The notes under the pieces: generated by a model
Databases searched by the model: none
Told to the model about the DNA's origin: nothing
The model's input: the letters and a program-made list of their open reading frames with translations, nothing else
Shown here: piece after piece, positions 25,060-36,599 of the stretch
Layout: each line of letters begins with the position of its first letter
Numbering within the stretch: position 1 is the first letter of the stretch
Assembly: GCA_028826165.1 (NCBI GenBank)
Contig: JAPDFW010000011.1
Span: 372,001-436,000 of the forward strand
Source: Anaeramoeba ignava BMAN
Taxonomy: Eukaryota; Protista; Anaeramoebae
Direction of reading: 5' to 3'
DNA: 64,000 bases
Translations under genes and position numbers: made by a program

Positions 25060-27594
25060 ATGGAAAGCCCAATCGTTTTAACAAATTCATCATCTATGAT
25101 TAAAGCAGGATTTGGAGGAGATGATGCACCAAGAGCAGTTTTTCCAGGAATAGTAGGAAGATCCAAATATCCGGAAGTGATGGTTGGAATGGGATTTCGG
25201 GATTATTACATTGGAGACGAAGCAGATTCAAAGCGGGGAATACTTGACCTAAAATATCCAGTAACAAGAGGAAGAATAACAAACTGGGATGATATGGAGA
25301 AAATTTGGCATCATTTATTTTATAACGAACTAAGAATTGCTCCTGAAGAACATTATTTGCTAGTTCAAGATTCTTTTTTAGGTCCAAAATCTGATCGAGA
25401 AAAAATTACTCAGGTTTTGTTTGAAACTTTCAACGTAAAAGGTCTTTATATGCTTTCTGGTATCGAATCCGCTTTGTATTCAACAATGCCTTCTGGTTTT
25501 TCTTTATTTGTTCATATTGGTCATGGTTCAACTCAAATTTTACCAATGGATTTTGATAAACCGTTAATTGATTATGGAATTCGTCAAGATTTTGCCGGAC
25601 AAGATTTGGATGATTTTCTTCGATATAATATCGTTCGCGAAAATGATATTTTTTTCCATTCCAATTCAGAATCAAGAATCATTCAAAAAATAAAAGAAAA
25701 TCTATGTTATGTTACTTATGATTTCGAGGAGGAATTGATCAAGAATACCAAATCAATTATCAAACAATATGAACTTCCTGATGCGAAAGTTATAAATTTA
25801 ACGCGCACAAGATTTGCTGTTCCAGAAATACTTTTTTCGCCTTCAATGTTTGGATTTTCTCAAGTTGGACTTCTTCCATTAATTGAACAATGTGTGAGTA
25901 AATTCCCCAAATCGACCCAAGATGAGCTTTTGAAACATATCGTTGTTATTGGTGGTTCAACTATGTTTCCTGGTTTTGTTGATCGTTTTAAGAAAGATTT
26001 ATCAAAAAGTTCTCCAAATGCTAATGTTTTTGCTGATGATTTTAGAAAATATTCAATTTGGATTGGTGGTTCTGTTATTTCTAGTCTTACTTCTTTTTCT
26101 GAAAAAGTTATCCAGAGTTCTCAGTATGATGATCAAGGTCCTGAAGTTATTCATCAACATACAAAAGGAGCATTTTTGGAATCTGAAAGGTTATTTACTG
26201 GAGTTGAATTTTTGGATCGGATTTCACCTTCTTTTGTACAAATTCATTTAAAATTCATTTATAAAATTCATTTATAAAATTAAAATTCATTTAAAATTCA
26301 TTTATAAAATTAAAATTCATTTAAAATTCATTTATAAAATTAAAATTAAAATTCAATTATAAAATTAAAATTAAAATTCATTTATAAAATTAAAATTCAT
26401 TTATAAAATTAAAATTAAAATTCATTTATAAAATTAAAATTCATTTATAAAATTAAAATATTCAAGTTTCAATCACAAGAAAATATTTGCATTATCGACC
26501 AAGGAACTGATAGTTTCAAAATTGGATTTTCTTATGACCAAGAACCAAAAGCAATAATTCCATCAATTGTTGGATTTGAACCATTTGGATCTGACAAAAA
26601 ACAATACATTGGAGAAGAAGCAATAGAAAATCGTGAACTTCAATTAAATCCAATATTCAAAGAAGGAAAAGTAGAAAATTGGGAATATTTGACAGCTATG
26701 TATGATTACTGCTTTAAATCACTTGGAACTTATCCCGATAGTACATCGCTTCTTCTCACAAGACCGCTCAACTCTTCTAATCCAGACACTGAGAAAATGG
26801 CACAAATATTGATGGAACAAATGAAATTGCCAAATCTTGCCTTTGCATTCCAACCGCATCTTGCTTCTTATGCTCTCGACCAAATTCAAACAGGAATTGT
26901 TGTTGATATTGGAAACGAATTTACTCAAATTCTTCCGTTTTATCAAAGATCTTATCCCTTACTTTCACACAAAATGCCGAGCATGCATTACGGAGGAAAA
27001 CATCTTACAGAGCAATTAATTCGTTTGTTCAGACACAGAAATTATGTCTTTTTGACATCTGCAGAATTTGAACTGGCAAAATATATTAAGGAAACTTATT
27101 GTTATATTGCAAGAGATTTCGATCAAGAATATGCCAACTTCCAAACTAGTACAAAAGAACAACGACACATCAAACTCAACGGAGAATCCATTTTGCTTGA
27201 TAACGAATCATTTTCTTCACTTGAACCGTTATTTAATCCAAATTTGATTGGATTATCTTATCCAGGAATACATCAAGCAATTTACGACACAATTATGCTA
27301 TTTGATCAAGAAAAGCAAAGGGAATTGTCTAAGAATATCATTCTTTGTGGTGGTTCAAGTTTGATTCCTAACTTGGTTGAACGTTTGCAAACTGAACTTT
27401 CTAGTTTACTTCCTGTTAATTTTAATCTCAATGTTTTTCGCGCTCCTGATTCTGATGTTAGAACCCTTGTTTGGAGAGGTGGCGCTGCTTTCTCAAAGTC
27501 TGAAAGGTTTTCTAGAGCAATGTTCTCTTCTAGTGATTATTTTGAAATTGGAAGTTCAGTTATTTATGAAAAAAGTTTTGAAGAATATTTTTAA
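25060..27594 (+). CDS. Tandem double actin-fold protein, about 767 aa; exons 25060-26235 and 26467-27594
   Basis: Domain 1 has KAGFGGDDAPRAVFP, ITNWDDMEKIWHH and WIGGSV. A phase-0 intron (GT 26236, AG 26466) leads to domain 2, which has IIDQGTDSFKIG, VVDIG, ILCGGSS and VWRGG. Domain 2 has no upstream ATG of its own. Confidence 0.8.
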
Positions 27595-27744
27595 ATTTAA
27601 ATTTTTAAAAAGAAAAAAAAAGTGGAACAAATTAAGATTATTTTGAAATTGGAAGTTCAGTTATTTATGAAAAAAGTTTTGAAGAATATTTTTAAATTTA
27701 ATTTTTAAAAAGAAAAAAAAAGTGGAACAAATTAAGATTATTTT
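27535..27744. repeat. ~101-bp direct tandem duplication spanning the stop codon and 3' UTR of the actin gene
   Basis: TTTGAAATTGGAAGTTCAG...GTGGAACAAATTAAGATTA occurs at 27541 and again at 27642. Confidence 0.9.
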
Positions 27745-27846
27745 TTTTCCTTTATTCATTATTTAATTTGAAAAAGAACACGAAAGAAATAAATTCAAAA
27801 AAATTTTATTTTCATTTTTTTCATTTTTTTCATTTTTTTTAATAAA

Positions 27847-30278
27847 ATGATTTCTTCTTATTTAATAAAAAAACCTCATTCTTTTCAAAATTATTTTTTA
27901 AAATCATTTTCTAATAGACTTTCTAAAGAATCATCATTATATCTCCAAAAACATGCAAATGATCCAGTTGATTGGTTTCCTTTTGGAAAAGAAGCAATTG
28001 AAAAATCAAAGAAATTAAATTTACCAATTTTCATTTCAATAGGATTTAATTCAGTAAAAAATAAATAATCCAAATTGAAAAAAAAAAATTTTTAATCCAA
28101 AAAAAAAATAAATAAAAAAATAAATAAAAAGTGTCATTTCTGTCATAAAATGCACAACGAAAGCTTTCAAAATAAAGCAATAGCATCAATACTGAATAAA
28201 CATTTTATTAACATCAAAGTTGATAGAGAAGAAAGACCAGATCTTGATTCAATTTATATTCATTTTGTTTCTATGTTTACTGGAAATGCTGGTTGGCCTT
28301 TATCTGTATTCACTCTTCCTAATTTAACACCATTTTTTGGCGCATCATATTTTCCTCCCTTGCAATTCCAAAATCTTTTGAGTCAAATATCAGAGAAATG
28401 GAAGGATTTATCGACTCAAAAAATGTTGGAGAAAAATTCTCAACAACTTCAAACTGAATTGAAAAGAGTTTTCATTAATAATTCGGATAAACAAAAATCA
28501 AATGATCAAACATCAAAAATCCAAATTGACAAAAAAAGAGCATACCAAATTCTCAACAAAACCATTGAGCAATTTCTGTCTATTTTTGATGAAGATAATG
28601 GAGGTTTTTCTACTCCAAAATTTCTTTTACCTAGTGTTTTAGATTTTTTAATTGGATCACAAATTATGAATCCACTTTCTCATTTGGATTCAAAGGCAAT
28701 CGAAATGGCAATTACAACTTTGGATAAAGCCTGTGAAAGAGGAATATATGATCATGTTGGAGATGGATTTTTCCGTTATTCAACTGATGAATTTTGGATT
28801 CTTCCACATTTTGAAAAAATGCTTGTAAATATTTATTCATTTATTTTTTTAGTTTTACTTCCAAATCCAATTTTTCAACTCATTCCTTAATTTTAGTGTG
28901 ATCAAGGTTTACTAGTCAAAACATATCTTGATGCTTACAAAATTACTCAAAAAATCAAATTTAAAGAAGTTGCAAGAAAAACCATTTCTTTTGTTTTCAA
29001 TTATCTTTATAACAAAGAAAAGAAAATGTTTTATAGTTCAATCGATGCTGATTCTTTCCCTTCAGAAAAGGGTTCAAATTCAACAGTGAAACAAGAAGGA
29101 GCTTATTATTTGTGGAAAAAACAAGAAATTGAGGAAATTTTAGGGAAAGGAAAAAGATATGCAAGAATTATGTGAATTTTTCACAATCAAAGAAAATGGA
29201 AATATTCCACGTGATTTGAACTCAAATTCCAATTTCGTTTCCAAAAACATTTTTTACATCAACAAAGAAAAGGAGCATCCAATCAATTCTGGTTTTCATC
29301 CAGAAATGATCAGCAAATCATTGAAGAAACTTGAAAATTTCCGAATCAAAAATCGAAAAATACCTGAAATCAATTCTAATATTATCTGCTCTTGGAATTG
29401 CTCAATGATATCTGCATTGGCTCAAGCATCATCTCTTTTGCACAGTTTTGATGATTCAAAAAATATATCTGAGAAAGAATCAACTAATGAATTGGCAATT
29501 TATGCTCAAAAAACACTTGAATCTGTTATTGATAATTTTGTTGATTTATCCACTTTTGAAGTTTCACATTTTCTCGGTAAAAAAAAGGGATTTTTAACTG
29601 ATTATGCAGAGTTGGTTCGAGCTCTACTTGATGTTTATGAATATTGCAATCAAGATTTCAAATATGTTGAATTAGCAAATAATATTTTTGCGAAATATAA
29701 CGAACTTTTTTGGGATTCAGAACAAAATAATTACTGGAATTTTGCCAAAGGAGAAGAAGTTATTATGCAAACCAGCAATATATTTGATGGTGGAGAAGCA
29801 AATCCTTTAACAATTTCTATTGATAATATGATCCGTTTATCATATTTGTTGAACAATAACGATTATCTCAAAAAAGCAAAACTTTTTTTTGAATTTTCCA
29901 AAAGATTCCAAGAAAATCCTTCAATTGCTTCTTCTTTACTCAAACCTTTTCGAGAACTTTATTTTTCTTCTCCAACTCAAATTACAATCTTAAGCAATCC
30001 AAAATCTGAAAAAGCGAAAAAGTTGATCAATTTAATTAATTCAAAATATCTTCCTCAAAAATCAATTATTTGTTTGAATTCAAATGATTCTGTTAATTTT
30101 TTTTCAAAGATATCATTCCTATTTAACAAAAGAAACAATTCCATTTTCAAATTTTGACGAATCTAATAAGAAAGTATATTATATGGTTTGTCAAAATGAA
30201 ACATGTTATGGTTTTAAAGAATTTGATGAGTCAACTAAAATGATTGATATTTTTCCAACAAATAAAAACAACAAATAA
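27847..30278 (+). CDS. SPATA20: SPATA20/YyaL-like protein (thioredoxin-like DUF255 domain + alpha/alpha toroid)
   Basis: [21 protein letters not shown]; intron 28054-28131 creates S|[12 protein letters not shown]. Also [15 protein letters not shown] and PHFEKML|CDQ (intron 28825-28896). Apparent frameshifts near 29155 and 30100. Confidence 0.9.
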
Positions 30279-30381
30279 AAATAATAATAATAAATAAAAA
30301 AAACAACAAATCTTTTTTTGATCTTTTTTTTTTCTTTTTAATTTTCTTTAATATTTAATAGTTTTAAAATTTTTTAATAAG

Positions 30382-30498
30382 TTTTTAAAATTTGGATTAA
30401 GGATCAAACTTATTAGATATTTTTAATAAATTTTTTTAAAATTTGGATTAAGGATCAAACTTATTAGATATTCTTTAATAAATTTTTTTAAAATTTGG
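30382..30498. repeat. ~51-bp tandem repeat, about 2.3 copies, intergenic
   Basis: TTTGGATTAAGGATCAAACTTATTAGATATT at 30391 and 30442, with a partial third copy at 30494. Confidence 0.85.
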
Positions 30499-30704
30499 GG
30501 GTTTAACTTAATTTATTACACAAAAAAAAACTTTTTTCTTTTTTTTTTTTCAAAAGATCTTTATTTTTATTTTTTATTTTTTTTTTTTTTTCCAATTTGA
30601 TCCTAAAAAAAATATTTAAAAATTCAAAAAATTTCATTTTCATTTTTTTCTTTTCCATTTTTTTATTTTTATTATTATTATTCTTATTATTATTATTCTT
30701 AAAT

Positions 30705-31748
30705 ATGGGACAAAGTAATCATAAAACAAATCAAAAATCAATTTCTCTTATTCTTCAAAAATTTCGACAAATCAAAAAACCTTTACTTCTTTTTGATTCT
30801 TCTGGAAAATTAATTTTTAGTACTCAAGTAATAATTTCTATAATTAATTCAAAATAAAAACAATAAAATTCATTGCGAATTTTTTCCTTCTTCAATTTTT
30901 TTAATAAAAAAAATTTTTTTTTTCCTTTTTTTAATAAAATAAAAACAAAGAATACTCTTCAAATATTAGGCATTAAATCACAAAAAGAACTTCAAAAATC
31001 TTCATATGTTATAATTTCAAATCAAAATTTTATTTTTTCTTTTTCAGAAATTGATACAATAGGAATTATTCAAAATCTACTTTCGTAATAATTTTTTTTT
31101 TAAATTTTAAATTTTAAAACTAAATTTTAAAACTAATTTTTTATTTTTTGCTTTTTTCTTAATTAACTTATTTTGAATTAACAAAAAAAAATTTTTTTCA
31201 CCTTTTTTTTGCTATTTTTTTTTTAAATTATTTTATTAAAAAAAAAAAAAAGATCATTAAATAATTTCCATCAATTTATCCAAATTATTTTCCTTTTAAA
31301 AAAATCTCCTAAATCTGTTTTTGCTAAGATCAAAGAAGTTGAAATATCAGAAACAAAATTTTTCCAAATGAAGATTTTTTCAAATTTTCAAATTCAAGAA
31401 GAAAAAACCAAGAAAAAAGAATTGAATTCAAATTTAAATTCAAAACAAGAAGAAATTGAAGAAAAATTACAAAAGATTTATAATTTTTCCTTTCTTGAAA
31501 ATAACGAAGAGAAAAAGAATCAAATTAATCAAGAAATCTCATCAATTCATAGAATTTTTAACGATCAAAAAGTACAAATAGAAAATCTTTTTAAAGAAAA
31601 TGAAAAAATGAAAATTGAAAAAAAAAAAGAGGAATTAAGGAAAAATAAAATGGAATTAATAAATAATCAATTATTAGAATTAGACGAATTAAAAGGAAAA
31701 TTTGAAGAAGAAATGGGAAAAGTAGAGAAATTTATTGGAATAAAATGA
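30705..31748 (+). CDS. Small protein with a myristoylation-like MGQS start, a degenerate PAS-like domain and a C-terminal coiled coil; 3 exons
   Basis: ATG at 30705 with GT-AG introns at about 30828-30950 and 31085-31252. KPLLLFDSSGKLIFSTQ|NTLQILG resembles a PAS N-terminus. The tail is E/K-rich. Confidence 0.5.
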
Positions 31749-31973
31749 TTATTATTATTTTTATTTTTTTTTTTTTATTGTTTAAATAAAATAAAGTAAA
31801 GGAGAAAAAATAAAAATTTTTCTCCATTCTCACTTTTAAATTTATTTTTTTTTTAATTTTTATTTTTTTCATTTTTTTCTTTTTTCATTTTTTTTCATTC
31901 TCAATTTTACTAAAAAAAAAAAAACCGAAAGAAAAATTTTAAAAAAAAAATTACAAAATTACAAAATTACAAA

Positions 31974-34941
31974 ATGAGTATTTATGAATATAATGGTTCT
32001 GCATTGATTGCGATGGCAGGAAAAGAGTGTGTAGCCATAGCAAGTGATACACGATTTGGAGTTAGAAATCAAACAGTATGGAGAGAAGCACAAAAAATCT
32101 TTCAAATCAACAACAAGACGTTTCTTGGTCTTGGCGGACTTAACACAGACATTTGGACCTTGAAGGAAACCTTCCGCTTCCATCATAATTTGTATGCTCT
32201 TCGTGAAGAACGCGACATGTCACCCAAAGTATTTGCGAATTTAGTCTCCCATGTTCTTTATTCTCATAGATTCGGTCCTTACTTTGTTAGCCCGATTGTT
32301 TGTGGTCTTGATGATGATAATGTCCCTTTTTTGTGCGGTACTGATGAAATTGGTGCTCAGGAAATTACCCATGATTTTATTGCTACTGGTACTGCTGTTG
32401 AATCTTTAATGGGTGTTTGCGAAACTTTTTATAAAGAAAATTTGGTATTTTTCGAAAATTAACTTATTTATCTTATTAATTTATTTATTAATTTATTTAT
32501 TAAATTATTTATTAAATTATTTATTAAATTATTTATTTAATTATTTATTAAATTATTTATAAATTTATTATTAAATTATTTATTAATTTATTTATTAATT
32601 TATTTATTAAATTATTTATTAAATTATTTATTAAATTATTTATTAAATTATTTATTAAATTATTTATTAATTTATTTATTAAATTTATTTATTAAATTAT
32701 TAATTTATTTATTAAATTATTTTATTAAATTATTTATTAAATTTTTATTTTATTAAATTATTTTATTAAATTATTTATTAATTTATTTATTAAATTATTT
32801 ATTAATTTATTTATTTATTTTTATTTATTTATTTATTTATTAATTTATTTATTTTTATTTATTTTATTTATTTTATTTATTTATTTATTTATTAATTTAT
32901 TTATTAATTTATTTATTAAATTATTTATTAAATTATTTATTAATTTATTTAAATTATTTATTAATTTATTTATTAAATTATTTATTAAATTATTTATTTA
33001 TTAATTTATTAATTTATTAATTTATTTATTAATTTATTTATTAAATTATTTATTAATTTATTTATTAAATTATTTATTAAATTATTTATTAAATTTATTT
33101 ATTAAATTTATTTATTAATTTATTTATAAATTTATAAATTTATTTATTAAATTTTATTTATTAAATTATTTATAAAATTTATTTTTATTAATTTATTTAT
33201 TAATTTATTTATTTTTAATTTATTTATTAATTTATTTATTAATTTATTTATTTATAATTTATTTATTAATTTATTTATTAATTTATTTTTATTTATTTAT
33301 TTATTTATTTATTTAATTTATTTATTAAATTATTTAATTAATTTATTTATTTATTAAATTATTTATTAATTTATTTATTAAATTTTTATTTATTTATTAA
33401 ATTTATTTATTAATTTATTTATTAATTTATTTATTAATTTATTTATTAATTTATTTATTAATTTATTTATTTATTAATTTATTTATTAATTTATTTATTA
33501 ATTTATTTATTAATTTATTTATTTTATTTATTAAATTATTTATTAATTTATTTATTAAATTATTTATTTTATTTATTAAATTATTTATTAATTTATTTAT
33601 TAAATTATTTATTAATTTATTTATTAAATTATTTATTAAATTATTTATTAAATTATTTATTAATTTATTTATTAATTTATTTATTAATTTATTTATTAAT
33701 TTATTTATTAATTTATTTATTAAATTTATTTATTAATTTATTTATTAAATTTATTAATTTATTTATTAATTTTATTTATTAATTTATTTATTAAATTATT
33801 TATTTATTAATTTATTTTAAATTATTTATTAAATTATTTATTAAATTTATTTATTAAATTTATTTATTAATTTATTTATTAAATTATTTATTTATAAATT
33901 TATTAAATTATTTATTAATTTATTTATAAATTTATTTATTAATTTATTTATAAATTTATTTATTAGAAGTGGTATTTATTTATTAATTTATTTAATTTAT
34001 TTATTTATTAAATTATTTATTAAATTATTTATTAATTTATTTATTAATTTATTTATTTATTTATTTATTATTTAATTTATTTATTAAATTATTTATTAAT
34101 TTATTTATTAAATTATTTATTAATTTATTTATTAATTTATTTATTAATTTATTTATTTATTAATTTATTAATTTATTTATTAAATTTATTTATTAAATTA
34201 TTTATTAATTTATTTATTAAATTATTTATTAATTTATTTATTAAATTATTTATTAATTTATTTATTAATTTATTTATTAAATTATTTATTAAATTATTTA
34301 TTAATTTATTTTTATTAATTTATTAAATTATTTATTAAATTATTTATTAATTTATTTATTAATTTATTTATTATTTATTTTATTTATTTATTATTAAAAT
34401 TTTATTTATTTATTTATTTTTATTTATTATTTATTAATTTATTTATTTATTAAATTATTTATTATTAAATTATTTATTAAATTATTTATTAAATTATTTA
34501 TTAATTTATTTATTAAATTATTTATTAATTTATTTATTAATTTATTTATTTATTTATTTATTAATTTATTTATTAAATTATTTATTTATTTATTAATTTA
34601 TTTATTAATTTATTTATTAATTTATTTATTTATTAAATTATTTATTAATTTATTTATTTATTAATTTATTTATTAATTTATTTATAAATTTATTTATAAA
34701 ATTATTTATTAATTTATTTATTAATTTATTTATTTAATTATTTATTAATTTATTTATTAAATTATTTATTATTAAATTATCGTTTTGTATTAAACAGGAA
34801 CCAGAAGATTTATTTGAAACAATTTCACAATGTCTTCTTGCTGGTGTTGATAGAGATTGTTTAAGTGGATGGGGAGCAGTTGTTCATGTTTTAACTAAAG
34901 ATGGAATAACTACTCGAAAATTAAAGATGAGACAAGACTAA
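31974..34941 (+). CDS. PSMB3: 20S proteasome subunit beta type-3; exons 31974-32444 and 34798-34941
   Basis: MSIYEYNGSALIAMAGKECVAIASD at the start. After the 2353-nt intron it continues EPEDLFETISQCLLAGVDRDCLSGWGAVVH..KMRQD*. Confidence 0.97.
32470..34780. repeat. A/T-only (TTATTAATTTAT)-like satellite filling the PSMB3 intron
   Basis: About 2.3 kb with G/C only in one island near 33966-33972. Confidence 0.95.
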
Positions 34942-35142
34942 AAATTATAACATTGAATCAATTCAATTCTTTCAAAATTTTCTCTATTGATTGATTCTCC
35001 AATTCTAAAAAACAAGAACAAAAATAAAAAAAACTGAGAATGAATAATAAAGAAAATTTCAATCAAAAAAATTTAAAAAAATTTTTTTCATTTTTTCATT
35101 TTTTCATTTTTTCATTTTTCATTTTTCATTTTTTAAAAAAAA

Positions 35143-35758
35143 ATGAGTAACGAGTTATTATCTTGGGGTAAGTTATTTTTCTTTTAAATCTTTTTCTTTT
35201 TATATTTTATTCTAAATTATCTTTTTTCTCTTTTTTTTAGATGATGAAAATTTTGTTGCTCCAACAGTTCAAGAAAAAAAGAAAAAAAGAAAACCCAAAA
35301 AGAAAAAAACCAAAAATACAAATACAAATACAAATCAAACACAAAATGAAACACAAAAAGAAAACGAAGCACAAAAACTAGAAAATGATAAACAAATGAA
35401 AGAAAAAGAAGAAAAAATTAAAATTAAAACAAAATCAATTAAATCAATTAAATCAATTAAAAATTTTGAACCAAAAAATTACAAACAATTTCTTCAATTA
35501 GCTCAAGCAATTTCAGAAAAAATATTTGAATATGAAAGTGATGTTACATTCAGATTGTTTTTGAATTCTTTTATTGAAGAATTGCTTAATAGAATGACAA
35601 CAGAAGAACATGTTAAAGAGATTTCTGAATATTTTGATGTTTTAATTAATCAAAAAATTATTTCTTTAAAAAAATCAAAAGGAAAGAAAGTTAATAAAAT
35701 TCAGAAAGATTTTGGAGATATAGATACTTTAAGAAGAGATAATTATCAAGTTGATTAG
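35143..35758 (+). CDS. EIF3J: Eukaryotic translation initiation factor 3 subunit J-like protein, 2 exons
   Basis: ATG at 35143; intron 35168-35240 creates SWDDENF. The helical C-terminal domain PKNYKQFLQLAQAISEKIFEYE..FLNSFIEEL..VLINQK resembles eIF3j. Confidence 0.7.
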
Positions 35759-35769
35759 AAAACTTTTTA

Positions 35770-36470
35770 AAAATCAATTTAAATCAATTTAAATCAATTT
35801 TAAATCAATCAAATTAAATAAATTTAAATCAATTTAAAATCAAAATAAATCAATTTTAAATAAATCAAAATAAATAAATAAATCAATTTAAATAAATAAA
35901 TCAAAATAAATCAATTTAAATAATAAATCAATTTTAAATCAATTTTAAATCAAGATAAATAAATAAATCAATTTGGAATCAAAATAAATCAATTTGAATA
36001 AATCTAAATCAATTTAAAATCAAAATAAATCAATAATAAATCAATCTAAATCAATTTAAATAAATAAATCAATTTTAAATCAATTTTAAATCAAGATAAA
36101 TAAATAAATCAATTTGAAATCAAAATAAATCAAAATAAATCAATTTAAAATCAAATTTAAATAAATCAATTCAAAATAAATCAAATTTAAATAAATAAAT
36201 CAAATTTAAATAAATCAAATTAAATAAATCAATTTAAATCAATTCAAATTAAATAAATCAATTTAAATCAAAATAAATCAAAATAAATCAATTTAAATAA
36301 ATCAATTTAAATAAATCAATTCAATTTAAATAAATCATTTTAAATAAATCTAAATCAATTTAAATAAATAAATCAATTTAAAATCAAAATAAATCAATTT
36401 AAAATCAATTTTAAATCAATCAAAATAAATCAATAATAAATCAAAATAAATCAAAATAAATCAATTTGAA
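35770..36470. repeat. Degenerate (AAATCAATTT/AAATAAATC)n satellite between convergent genes
   Basis: Directly visible. Confidence 0.9.
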
Positions 36471-36599
36471 AATCTCAAAAAAACAAAAAGTTTATTTTCT
36501 TTTTCTGATTGATTTTATTTAATTCTCAAAAGAAAAGAAAAGAAAAGAAAAAAAAAATCAAAAGGGAAAAAAAATTAAAAAAGGAAATGAATATTAAAA

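Noticed and set aside
30382-30498. CRISPR-like repeat
   Set aside because: The units are contiguous with no unique spacers, the context is eukaryotic, and there are no cas genes.
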